A stretch of 64,000 bases of DNA from contig JBNKHE010000001.1 in NCBI GenBank assembly GCA_050290185.1, forward strand, positions 98,713 to 162,712, read 5' to 3'. Each line of letters begins with the position of its first letter. Positions within the stretch are counted from its first letter, which is position 1. Made by a program: the position numbers and the translations under genes. This DNA comes from Pontiella sp. GTDB taxonomy: Bacteria; Verrucomicrobiota; Kiritimatiellia; Kiritimatiellales; Pontiellaceae. This document shows positions 38,270 to 47,695 of the stretch, piece by piece. The notes below the pieces were generated by a model. The model searched no databases, had not been told where the DNA came from, and saw nothing but the letters and a program-made list of their open reading frames with translations.

Positions 38270-41239
38270 TCAAACTCCGTAAAGCGTTTCCTTGAACGGC
38301 TTCACCAGCGCATCGACATCGGCGTTAATCGAACCTGCAACAACCAACTTCTTGGCTTCGGTTACCGAACCGATCTTCTCAATCGGCAGACCGGCAAATA
38401 GCGCTTCGAGTTCGGCGGCCTTTTCGGACGCAACCGATACGACGAAACGGCTGTTGGATTCGGAGAAGAGCGCGACATCGGATTCAACACCGAGAACCGA
38501 GAGATCAACTTCGGCACCGAGCTGCCCGCCAATGCACGCGAGCGCGAGTGAAACGGCGAGGCCGCCCTTGGTCGGCGTCGTGGCCGATTTCAGCAGTCCG
38601 GCGTCGGTGGCCTTGTTCATAGCCGCATAGATCTTGAGCGCCTTTTCAGCATCCACGGCAGGAACAGTTCCGCCATAGTTCATCGGTGCGCCCTGCTCTT
38701 CCGCCAGCAGACGATAGAAGGCCGAAGCACCGAGCTCGTTTTTGGTTTCGCCAATGACATAGATCACGTCACCCGCATTTTTCAGCGGCATGGTGACCGC
38801 CTTTTTAACATCGTCGATCTGCCCGATCGAAGAAACGAGCAGGGTCGGCGGTATTGATATTTTCTTTCCACCCCGAGTGGAGTCGTTCTTACAGGAGTCC
38901 TTACCCGAGACCGCTGGCGTTTTATACGCAGTTGTTAAATCGTAGAGAGCCTTGTTGGAGCGGACGAGCTGAGCCATCTTGTAGGCGCCGTCGGGCGTCT
39001 TGGGCGACTCGACCGGATCCGGCCAGCAATAGTTGTCGAGAATCGCAATGCGGTTCATGTCGCCACCGACCGCGATGACGCGGCGGACCGCTTCATCGAT
39101 CACCGAGGTGGTCATGTCGTAGGTATCGATATCGGAATACCACGGGTTGATGCCTTCGGCCAAAACGGCGCCGCGGTCGTTGTTGTATTCCACGCGCATG
39201 ACGGTGGCATCGGACGGAACATCGGCGTTCACGCCGACATACGGCTTCACAACGCTCAGGCCTTTGACTTCGCCGTCGTAGATGCGGCTCTTGTATTCAC
39301 GCGAGCAAATGTTCAAATCGCCCATCAGCTTGGTGAGCGTATCGGAATAGTCGGCCTGCTGCTCCACCACCGGAGCCGGAATCGACGGCTTATTCCAGAC
39401 ACCGGGCATGACAAGCGTCGGGCAGCCGGTTTCATAGAGGAAGTCCATGTCGAGGCTGGCGATGACCTTGCCGTCCTGCTTGACGGTGAAGTAGCCGGAA
39501 TCGTTGTACTTGCCCATGAAGGCGACTTCGACATCGCGCTGCTTGGCGAGCACTTCGAACGCTTCGCGGCATTCAGGCTGAACGGCGAGGGTCATGCGTT
39601 CCTGCGCTTCGGAAACGAGTACCTCCCACGGCTGGAGGCCTTCGTATTTGAGTGGTGCGCCGGCGAGGTCGCATTCGCATCCGCCGGAATATTTACCCAT
39701 TTCACCGAACGAGCAGGAAATGCCGCCGGCGCCGTTATCGGTGATGCAACGGAAGAGACCGAGATCGCGCGCCTCGAGCAGGAATTCGTAGAGCTTGCGC
39801 TGGGTCAGCGGGTCGCCGATCTGCACCGCTTGGGCGGGCGATTCGGTGCGGAGCTCTTCGGAGGAGAAGGTCGCACCGTGAATGCCATCCTTGCCGATGC
39901 GGCCGCCGCACATGACGGTCCAGTCGCCGACTTCGATCTCCTTGCGCTGTGAAGGACGTCCACCCACTTCAACGGGAATGGTGCCCATGGTGCCACAATA
40001 AACCAGCGGCTTGCCGAGGAAGCGTTCGTCGAAACATTCGAAGCCGCGGCTATACGGAATCCCGGATTCGTTGCCGCCGGCGATGACCCCTTCGTGGACG
40101 CCGTCACGAATGCGGCGCGGATGCATCAGGCCTTCGGGAATTTCCTTGTCGTAGAACGGCGATCCAAGGCAGTAGCCCCAGACGTTGGAGACCAGCGATG
40201 CGCCCATGCCGGTTCCAAGCGGATCGCGGTTAACGCCAACGATGCCGGTCATGGAACCGCCGAACGGATCGAGCGCCGACGGCGAGTTGTGGGTTTCGAC
40301 TTTGTATACGAGGTGGATGTCTTCGTTGAATTTCACGATGCCGGCGTTGTCGGTAAAGACCGATATCAGCCAGTCGATCGACTCTTCGATCTTTTTAGTG
40401 GAGGCTTTGACGTAGGTTTTATAGAGCGAATGGATGGTTTCGGATTCGCCGGTTTCCTCGTCCTTGTAGTTGATCGTTCCAGCAAAAATCTTGTGCGAAC
40501 AATGTTCCGACCAAGTCTGGGCAATACATTCGAGCTCAACATCAGTCGGCCATTCCGGCAGACCAAGCTCGGTGCGGTGGGCTTTGACATCTTCGCGTAG
40601 ATAATGGCTTCGAATCGTGCGCATTTCTTCGAGCGAGAGCGAAAGAATGCCATCGCTGGAAATCTTCATCAGCGCCGCGTCGTCATCCGGAAGTTCGATA
40701 GTGTTGACCTTGATTTCGGGATGGTCGTCGAAGATCGGGGCGGAAATATCAGGATCCGCCGCCAGCCATTCGTCTTTCGAGAACACGGAAATGGTCTGGA
40801 TCAGCGTATTGGCCAGCAGGTCCTTGCCGAGGTGCTCGACATCCTGCCGGGAGAGTTCGCCGGAGAGGAAATACTGGATGCAGGTGTAAACCTGCTCTTC
40901 CCAGGCCAGTTCGCGGCCGACAATATCCTTGAGCGCGCCGCGCGCCGTGCGGCCCACATTGTCGGTTACGCCGGGCTTGAAGCCGATTTCAAGCATCCAA
41001 TCGAAGGATTCCGGCGCAGAGAGACGTCCCATAGCGGATTCGGCCACGACCGGATCGGCGAAGATTTTCTGTACGGTGGATGCCGTAGCATCATCAACAT
41101 CCGCAACGACTTTATACACATCGCGTGTACGGCATTCCGCGATTTCCATCTTCAGCGCGCCTGCCGCGCGGTGGATAACACCGCGTCCGCGCGCATCCGG
41201 AACACCGTCTTTTAAACCGATTTCAATTCTGTAGATCAT
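38270..41239 (-). CDS. purL: Phosphoribosylformylglycinamidine synthase PurL (no glutaminase domain)
   Basis: [52 protein letters not shown]. Confidence 0.96.
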   Translation of the reverse strand: MIYRIEIGLKDGVPDARGRGVIHRAAGALKMEIAECRTRDVYKVVADVDDATASTVQKIFADPVVAESAMGRLSAPESFDWMLEIGFKPGVTDNVGRTARGALKDIVGRELAWEEQVYTCIQYFLSGELSRQDVEHLGKDLLANTLIQTISVFSKDEWLAADPDISAPIFDDHPEIKVNTIELPDDDAALMKISSDGILSLSLEEMRTIRSHYLREDVKAHRTELGLPEWPTDVELECIAQTWSEHCSHKIFAGTINYKDEETGESETIHSLYKTYVKASTKKIEESIDWLISVFTDNAGIVKFNEDIHLVYKVETHNSPSALDPFGGSMTGIVGVNRDPLGTGMGASLVSNVWGYCLGSPFYDKEIPEGLMHPRRIRDGVHEGVIAGGNESGIPYSRGFECFDERFLGKPLVYCGTMGTIPVEVGGRPSQRKEIEVGDWTVMCGGRIGKDGIHGATFSSEELRTESPAQAVQIGDPLTQRKLYEFLLEARDLGLFRCITDNGAGGISCSFGEMGKYSGGCECDLAGAPLKYEGLQPWEVLVSEAQERMTLAVQPECREAFEVLAKQRDVEVAFMGKYNDSGYFTVKQDGKVIASLDMDFLYETGCPTLVMPGVWNKPSIPAPVVEQQADYSDTLTKLMGDLNICSREYKSRIYDGEVKGLSVVKPYVGVNADVPSDATVMRVEYNNDRGAVLAEGINPWYSDIDTYDMTTSVIDEAVRRVIAVGGDMNRIAILDNYCWPDPVESPKTPDGAYKMAQLVRSNKALYDLTTAYKTPAVSGKDSCKNDSTRGGKKISIPPTLLVSSIGQIDDVKKAVTMPLKNAGDVIYVIGETKNELGASAFYRLLAEEQGAPMNYGGTVPAVDAEKALKIYAAMNKATDAGLLKSATTPTKGGLAVSLALACIGGQLGAEVDLSVLGVESDVALFSESNSRFVVSVASEKAAELEALFAGLPIEKIGSVTEAKKLVVAGSINADVDALVKPFKETLYGV

Positions 41240-41325
41240 ACTGATTTCCCCTCATCCCAAATACGTTGAAAAAGATGGCGGGGAGCATAGCGAGAAACTC
41301 CGTCGAATTGCACAACGAAATCAGG

Positions 41326-41359
41326 AAAAAGAAAAATCCCGCCTAAAACGACGGGATTT
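41326..41359 (-). terminator. Probable intrinsic terminator
   Basis: AAATCCCG/CGGGATTT stem with T tract on the minus strand. Confidence 0.65.
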
Positions 41360-41381
41360 ACACGATTCCGAACGATTCCAG

Positions 41382-43139
41382 CTACTCCGCCGGCACGGGC
41401 GCAGGACCTTCCGGCATGCTGTCCAATGAAACTGGGTCCAGTGACGGCGTAGCTAGCGGAGCTGCTTGCTGCATCTGCTGCATCTGCTGCATCTGGATCA
41501 TCATGGCCGCCTGTCCGACCTTGGCCAGCAGGGACCCAGGCACGTTAACACTCCACATGACCATGCCGTCTTCGCGGAAGCCGGCGGAGGTCACCGGTTC
41601 AGCCCCTTGCAGCATGGCTGAAATCTGTGGAAGCGGGTTGTTCGGATCATTCGGCATGATCGATGAAATACCCTCCATGTATTTGGCGACATCAACGTCG
41701 CAATAGTAGAAACCTCCGGTGGGATATATACTACGCGCCATCAACGGAGAGCCCTGGAATTCCGCGTCTTTGACGCGATCAATCAAGGTTTCGATCGTTG
41801 TACCGCCCATGGCATATAGGAGAAAGCCATCGCAAATTGCAAAATCGTACACCAGATTGTCCATATCCATGTTCATGGACTTCATGGCAGCCTGTTGATC
41901 CTCAGGCATTGTAATGCCCACTTTAAACTGGTGGATCGGAACTCCCTTGTGCTCGCGCGCATTTTCCAAGAACTCGAAAGTCATCGGCATGCCCATGGAT
42001 TTATACAGTTCCAGGAAAGGCGCCATATCCTGCTCCACGGTCTTGAAGTAGGACATGACAGCCGCTTCATCCTTCACTTCCAGTGCATAGTTGATGTGCA
42101 TAAAGCTATCACCGCCAAATCCGATGGTTTCACAGCAGGTTCCACCGTAAAGCCCCATCCACTTTGTCATGCTCTCCTTCACCTTTGTCAGCATCTCCGC
42201 ATCAAGGTTCATGTCCTTCAAAAGCAGTTCCAGTTCCTCCCCGACAAAGGAAGCCAATGCATCAGGGTTGGACAGCGTGCAATCAACTGCGATAGCCGCA
42301 TCGCCTAGCAAACCGGAGTGAAGCTTGGGATTGGGCTGACAGGATTTTGGAGAAGTCAGCAGCGTGGCCAGGCGGGTCGCCGGCTTTGCGGTTAAGGTTT
42401 CGCTGATGCGCACCGCGCCATCCTGCGGAGCCACTACAACTTCCACGGCCTCGCATTGTTTCGCGAGGGAAAGTAAGAAGCTGACTTCCGCTTGCAAAAT
42501 CTTTGTTGTACTTCCTGCCATTGCGGGATCCATACCGGGCGCCTGCATCATGCCCATACCCAGCATCATCGGCATCATCTGCATCATCCCATCAACCTGA
42601 AGCTTGTTTTTTTCGTACAACGCAGCCGGCGGCACGGCAATGCGCAAAGTAGGACTGCGCCTGGCCAACAGCGTTTCCTTGACTACAGCAACCCGTCCGG
42701 CCCCTTTTTCCAATTGAGCTGCATCCGGCGCAACAATCAGGACGCCATCCACCAATCTGGATTGAAGCCCTTTTTGCGACAGCAAAGCCGAGTAGGTCGC
42801 CGCCTGGGCTTCATTCACCTCTACGACTGCAAAAAGATTGGTTTGATCCAAGGCCACTACAGCCAAGCCCTTGCCCGGAGCAATACCAGCCAAACCGGGA
42901 TCGCCCAGCTGCATACCAATCATGCTTTTAAGCATCATGCCACTCGCCATGGGCGAAACCTGCTCGGCTACGCTACCCACACCATCAATGAGTCCATGCA
43001 AATCGGAAACCGTTGCAGTGATCATCGCGTCCGGTAATACGGATGGCTTTTCTACCAGTGCCGCCGTTGCCGCCGTTGCCGCCCCTACGGTGGCCATGCA
43101 TGCTGCAACTGCAATTGAAACATTCTTTATCCACTTCAT
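41382..43139 (-). CDS. Exported Met-rich hypothetical protein
   Basis: 585-aa ORF, signal peptide, SD GGAGG; MMQMMPMM and (MQQ)3 tracts. Confidence 0.8.
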   Translation of the reverse strand: MKWIKNVSIAVAACMATVGAATAATAALVEKPSVLPDAMITATVSDLHGLIDGVGSVAEQVSPMASGMMLKSMIGMQLGDPGLAGIAPGKGLAVVALDQTNLFAVVEVNEAQAATYSALLSQKGLQSRLVDGVLIVAPDAAQLEKGAGRVAVVKETLLARRSPTLRIAVPPAALYEKNKLQVDGMMQMMPMMLGMGMMQAPGMDPAMAGSTTKILQAEVSFLLSLAKQCEAVEVVVAPQDGAVRISETLTAKPATRLATLLTSPKSCQPNPKLHSGLLGDAAIAVDCTLSNPDALASFVGEELELLLKDMNLDAEMLTKVKESMTKWMGLYGGTCCETIGFGGDSFMHINYALEVKDEAAVMSYFKTVEQDMAPFLELYKSMGMPMTFEFLENAREHKGVPIHQFKVGITMPEDQQAAMKSMNMDMDNLVYDFAICDGFLLYAMGGTTIETLIDRVKDAEFQGSPLMARSIYPTGGFYYCDVDVAKYMEGISSIMPNDPNNPLPQISAMLQGAEPVTSAGFREDGMVMWSVNVPGSLLAKVGQAAMMIQMQQMQQMQQAAPLATPSLDPVSLDSMPEGPAPVPAE

Positions 43140-43432
43140 CCTGTCCTCCTTCGTTGCGAACGATTTCATTATTCAGCCTGTCTGGATTGCCAGTACCATT
43201 TTGTAAAGCGATTGCAAAACAAACCTAAAGCCGAATCCTTAAGATGATGCAGAGTCTTGCACTTAAGCAACCGTCCCGCAAAATGATTCGAGAGGATTTC
43301 GAAGTTTGAGCGATATAAACGGAAGCCCAATTACCCGCCTCCACGCCAGCATTATGCAGCGCTTGCTAATGTTTCTTGTTTTTAGCATGCAAGTTGCCTA
43401 TCTTTTCTTCTACTGAATCACGGAGATATATC

Positions 43433-44416
43433 ATGACCAATCGATCCATTCTTGCCTTTGTTTTCCTGTCAACATCCATTGTGTGCGCCGAGGACAGTGC
43501 TGTGCCTACCCCCAGCCCCGCCACAAACACCCCACCCGCGGCCACAAACAAGCCCCCGACCGCCACGAACACCCCGACCGCCCCTTCGACCATCTCTATT
43601 CAGGAAATGTTGGTTATGGGCCCGCCTCAGTTGAAGTTACATTCGCTGGCCATGATCACTCAGGGTAATTTACCGGGAGAGGTGGATGAATCGTACCTGC
43701 CGGGCCTCAAAGTCTGCTCGGAAGACTCCGCTCTTCCGGTCCGCAGTGTTACGGCCCGATTGCTAGGCGAGTATTTTATACAAGGCAAAGCCAATCCCAA
43801 TCCCGAAGCCATCGAGCTGCTCATCAAGTTATCCAAGGACGAGTCATCGGATGTCCGTTACAATGCGGTCTACTACGGCCTCACGCAGGTCGAGGATAAG
43901 TCCGACGAAATTATCAACTGTCTTATCGATATAGCGACGAGCGACCGTGAACAGATGCTTTACGAACGCATTGCCGAATCCTTACAAAAGAATCACGAAA
44001 AAGTGACTTCAATCCTGAATCAAAAACTCGAGGATGAAAACAATATCGCGATCTATGAAATCTATGAAGATCTGACCGGCCAAAAGCCCACTAATGCGGA
44101 CAAATACCTGGATATGCCATCTAGTCGTCCCCACTTGTTTATCTTCAGCGGAGAGGGAACCGACGCCGAGGCCTACAAAACAGAACTGGAAAATACGCTG
44201 AAGACCGAAGGCATTGAAAACCCGGACGTACGGGTTTCCGGCATGGGTGAAAACTATGTGCTCCTGCTCAAAACCCATATCACGAAGGATTATCTGTCGG
44301 TTGAAAAAATATTCGCCAACCATCCCAAATTTAAAATCACCCAGGACATGTGGCTTACCCCTAAACTGGAAATCCAGATCGACGCCATGCAGAAGATGAG
44401 ACAGCAAGCAGAGTGA
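43433..44416 (+). CDS. Exported HEAT-repeat-like protein
   Basis: Signal peptide, (xATNxPx)3 linker, LSKDESSDVRYNAV HEAT-like helix pair. Confidence 0.65.
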   Translation: MTNRSILAFVFLSTSIVCAEDSAVPTPSPATNTPPAATNKPPTATNTPTAPSTISIQEMLVMGPPQLKLHSLAMITQGNLPGEVDESYLPGLKVCSEDSALPVRSVTARLLGEYFIQGKANPNPEAIELLIKLSKDESSDVRYNAVYYGLTQVEDKSDEIINCLIDIATSDREQMLYERIAESLQKNHEKVTSILNQKLEDENNIAIYEIYEDLTGQKPTNADKYLDMPSSRPHLFIFSGEGTDAEAYKTELENTLKTEGIENPDVRVSGMGENYVLLLKTHITKDYLSVEKIFANHPKFKITQDMWLTPKLEIQIDAMQKMRQQAE

Positions 44417-44476
44417 GGCGTGAGGCGTGAGGCGTGAGGCGTGAGGCGTGAGGCGTGAGGCGTGAGGCGTGAGGCG
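44414..44476 (+). repeat. Perfect heptamer tandem repeat (TGAGGCG)9
   Basis: Nine exact copies; the first TGA is the stop codon of the upstream CDS. Confidence 0.98.
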
Positions 44477-44576
44477 TTGAATGGTGCTGGACCTCAAGTT
44501 ACTCGGTCAAAAACAATCCCGCCTCAAAAGTGTCCTGCTTCCCGTCGATCACGATTCAAGCGTCACTCATCATGCA

Positions 44577-45260
44577 TCAAAAATTGCGCTCCGCCATCGG
44601 TCGGTAGGTCAGATCATGCACCACCACATCCTCCGGCGCGGTGACACAGTGAACGATCATCCTCGCCGCGGATTCCACCGACAGGTATTCAGGGCGCTCT
44701 TCCGGACGGAAGTCCGTGTCGACACCGCCGGGATAGACCGCAGTCACCTTCACGTTCACTTCCCGAGCCTCCTTGATCAGGCACTTCGTGAAACCCATGA
44801 CGCCGTACTTCATGGTCGAATAGATCGCATAATTAGGCTGCGATGTCTTGGCGATGGTGCTAACGACATTGACGATGTGCCCGCGCCTTCGTCCGGACAT
44901 CTCCTTCAGCGCCTCACGACTCAACAGCATCGGTGCGCGCAGGTTTACCGCATACTGCAGTTCCCAGTCGTCCAGCTCAATTTCTGCAACCGGAGCCTTA
45001 CGGTGGTTCAGTCCGGCGTTGTTGATCAGGATATCCACCTGCCCCAACGCCGCCTTTGCCTGATGATAGATGGAGACCACCTGATCCGGATCGGATAGGT
45101 CGGCGACGGCGCCCCGGCAATTCGTTTCAGTTTTCAGCGAATCCAGCAGCGCCGCATCGCGGCCCGTTGCAAACACGGTATATTCCAACGCCGAAAGCTG
45201 TTTCACGAGTTCTCGGCCAATGCCCCGCGTCGCCCCGGTAATGAAAACCGTTTTCTTCAT
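44577..45260 (-). CDS. SDR oxidoreductase
   Basis: TGATRGIG, INNAG, YSTMK, YPGGVDT. Confidence 0.93.
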   Translation of the reverse strand: MKKTVFITGATRGIGRELVKQLSALEYTVFATGRDAALLDSLKTETNCRGAVADLSDPDQVVSIYHQAKAALGQVDILINNAGLNHRKAPVAEIELDDWELQYAVNLRAPMLLSREALKEMSGRRRGHIVNVVSTIAKTSQPNYAIYSTMKYGVMGFTKCLIKEAREVNVKVTAVYPGGVDTDFRPEERPEYLSVESAARMIVHCVTAPEDVVVHDLTYRPMAERNF

Positions 45261-45267
45261 TACAGCT

Positions 45268-46959
45268 CTACCTCTGGGTTTTATTCCGGTGCGGCTGGTT
45301 CGAGGGCTTACGCGCTCCCCCGGAAGCGGAACGGATGCTGACCTGCCGACCGTCGAGCTTGAGGTTTTCCATGCCCTGTCGAATGCTGCTGGAGGCTTCC
45401 TTGGACACCTCGAAGAATGAGGTATCGCGGCCAAGATCAATCGCGCCTATCTGGTTGGACTTCACATTGCAGTTTTCACAGACCAAACGGACGATTGCGC
45501 CGGCGTTGACCTTATGCACCCGACCGACATTGATGGAGAAGCGCGTGGTGTCGTAGGCCTGCATGCGGCTGTTGCGCTTCGAATTGTCGGAACGCTGCTG
45601 CCGCGGCTGACGTTCGCGGTCGCGTTGCGGGCGCGGCTTCACGTTGATATCGTCGGAATTGCGGTAGTATTCCAAAAAATGGTTAAATTCGGTCGCGATA
45701 AAGCGTTTGATGATTTCCTTTTTATCGAGGTGACAAAGCGCTTCGTAGGCGGGCGGGAGATAGTCTTTGATCTCCTCCTCGTTGATCTCGCACTCGACCA
45801 CACGGTGGATGAGCGCCAGCAACTGGTTTTCACAGATGGCGCGCGCATCTGGAACCTTTTCGAGCTTGATCTTGATATTGTTGCGACGCTCCAACTCGAC
45901 GATACGTCGGCGTTCGTGCAAGTTGATCAGCGCAATGGATACACCGGACTTTCCGGCACGGGCCGTACGACCGCTACGGTGTGTATAGGCCGCGATTTCA
46001 TCCGACAATTTGTAGTGGATCACGTGCGTAATATCGTCGACATCGATCCCGCGGGCCGCCACATCAGTGGCCACCAGAATCGTAATGTTTTTCTGACGGA
46101 ACTTGCGCATGACCGCATCGCGCTGCGCCTGGGATAGATCCCCGTGCAACGCATCCGCAGTGTACCCATCCTGAATCAGTTTTTCGGCCACGGACTGGGT
46201 TTCAGCGCGCGTACGGCAAAAGATGAGTCCATAGATTTCGGGCAGGAAATCGAGAATGCGTTTTACAGCGGGATAGCGGTCTTTTTCATGCACCATAAAA
46301 CAGAGGTGCTGAATATTGGCGGCGGATTCGTTGCGACCGCCTACGGACACCTCGACCGGATCCTTCTGATAGTTCTGGGCAATGCGGGCCACTCCCTTTG
46401 CCATGGTGGCTGAAAACAGCCAGGTGACTCGATTTTCCGGGGCCTTTGAAAGAATGGAATCCAGCTCGTCCTTGAATCCCATGTTCAGCATTTCATCGGC
46501 TTCGTCGAGAACGACAACAGAAATCTGATCCAGCTTGGCGGCGCGACGCTCGATCAGGTCGAGCAGACGGCCGGGTGTGGCAACGATAATCTGCGTACCG
46601 CGCTTCAGGTCGCGGATCTGGGTTGAAATGTTCGAGCCACCGTAAACCGCCGTGATCTTGATTCCACTCCGGTGACGGGCAAACTTCTTAAGATCTTCGG
46701 AAATCTGCAGGCACAACTCGCGGGTCGGGGAAAGAATGATGCCCTGCGGCATGTCATTATTCGGATCCATGCGCTCCAGCAGCGGCAAACCGAAAGCCGC
46801 CGTTTTCCCGGTACCGGTTGAGGCGAGACCAATAAAGTCGCGTTTACCTTCAAGCAGGATGGGAATAGCCTGTTCCTGGATCGGAGTCGGGGTTTCAAAC
46901 CCCAGTGTTTGAAGCGATTGGAGTGTTTCGGGACTCAGTCCCATTTCATTGAATTTCAT
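45268..46959 (-). CDS. deaD: DEAD-box RNA helicase with DbpA-type C-terminal domain
   Basis: TPIQ, TGTGKT, PTREL, DEAD, SAT, ARGID, HRSGRTARAG. Confidence 0.93.
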   Translation of the reverse strand: MKFNEMGLSPETLQSLQTLGFETPTPIQEQAIPILLEGKRDFIGLASTGTGKTAAFGLPLLERMDPNNDMPQGIILSPTRELCLQISEDLKKFARHRSGIKITAVYGGSNISTQIRDLKRGTQIIVATPGRLLDLIERRAAKLDQISVVVLDEADEMLNMGFKDELDSILSKAPENRVTWLFSATMAKGVARIAQNYQKDPVEVSVGGRNESAANIQHLCFMVHEKDRYPAVKRILDFLPEIYGLIFCRTRAETQSVAEKLIQDGYTADALHGDLSQAQRDAVMRKFRQKNITILVATDVAARGIDVDDITHVIHYKLSDEIAAYTHRSGRTARAGKSGVSIALINLHERRRIVELERRNNIKIKLEKVPDARAICENQLLALIHRVVECEINEEEIKDYLPPAYEALCHLDKKEIIKRFIATEFNHFLEYYRNSDDINVKPRPQRDRERQPRQQRSDNSKRNSRMQAYDTTRFSINVGRVHKVNAGAIVRLVCENCNVKSNQIGAIDLGRDTSFFEVSKEASSSIRQGMENLKLDGRQVSIRSASGGARKPSNQPHRNKTQR

Positions 46960-47172
46960 GACAGGTCTCTCTTACTTTATTGGGCACATATATGTATAAG
47001 CCGCGCAGGAAAATCCAGCGGCATATATCCCGCGCCCATCGCAAGAGGTTAACCCCGAATTTTCAAACCGTATCAGTCCGGCTCTGTAAAACGAACGGGC
47101 ATGTATACGCCTATCTGCCGAAGATGCAAGGAGAAGTGTACCCTTGTATGAATGCCCCTGATTGCAGCGAAT

Positions 47173-47619
47173 TCACCAAAAATCGATGAAGCGGAGCGAT
47201 GCCGCCGCCGTGGCAATGCCCGTTAGGCAGCCCATCAGTACTTCCAATCGCGTATGCCCGAGCAGTTCCTTGAGTTTATTTTCAGACAGATGATGGGACT
47301 GCAGGAGCTCGTCCACAATCTGATTCAAAAGCCGGGCCTGTTCACCGGCGGCTTTCCTCACACTTTGTGCGTCGAACATCACCACGATCGCAAAAGCGCA
47401 GCCCACGGCAAACAGCGGGGAATCAAATCCCTCGCATAGACCAAGAGAGGTTGCCAGAGCACTGGCCATGGCCGAATGTGCACTAGGCATTCCGCCGGTA
47501 CTGACCATGTAGCTGAAATCCAGCCGCTTGGTTTCCAGAAAACTGCAAACCATTTTAACCGACTGAGCCACGAGCCACCCAAAAAGGGCCGCCCAAAAAC
47601 TGGGATGTAGAGCGTTCAT
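47173..47619 (-). CDS. Divergent PAP2 (DUF212) family protein
   Basis: GGMPSAHSA, VMFDA..VR..AG.QA..LN, ELLGHT..EV. Confidence 0.93.
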   Translation of the reverse strand: MNALHPSFWAALFGWLVAQSVKMVCSFLETKRLDFSYMVSTGGMPSAHSAMASALATSLGLCEGFDSPLFAVGCAFAIVVMFDAQSVRKAAGEQARLLNQIVDELLQSHHLSENKLKELLGHTRLEVLMGCLTGIATAAASLRFIDFW

Positions 47620-47695
47620 GTTTATGGGATTATCTCCTTAGCAACCTCTCGATGTATAAGCCGCGGAACGAACAAATACAAATCCATTACGTATC

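Noticed and set aside
41240..41381. Purine or ZTP riboswitch upstream of purL
   Set aside because: Region is explained by the upstream terminator and promoter; no aptamer consensus seen
43199..43219. LacI/cre-like palindrome TTTTGTAAAGCGATTGCAAAA
   Set aside because: Imperfect, spacing off by one, and no cognate regulator in the window
44414..44476. Possible CRISPR array
   Set aside because: No spacers, 7-nt unit, no cas genes
44009..44497. ORF with RLTPHAS repeats
   Set aside because: Translation of the heptamer repeat plus the antisense strand of the real gene
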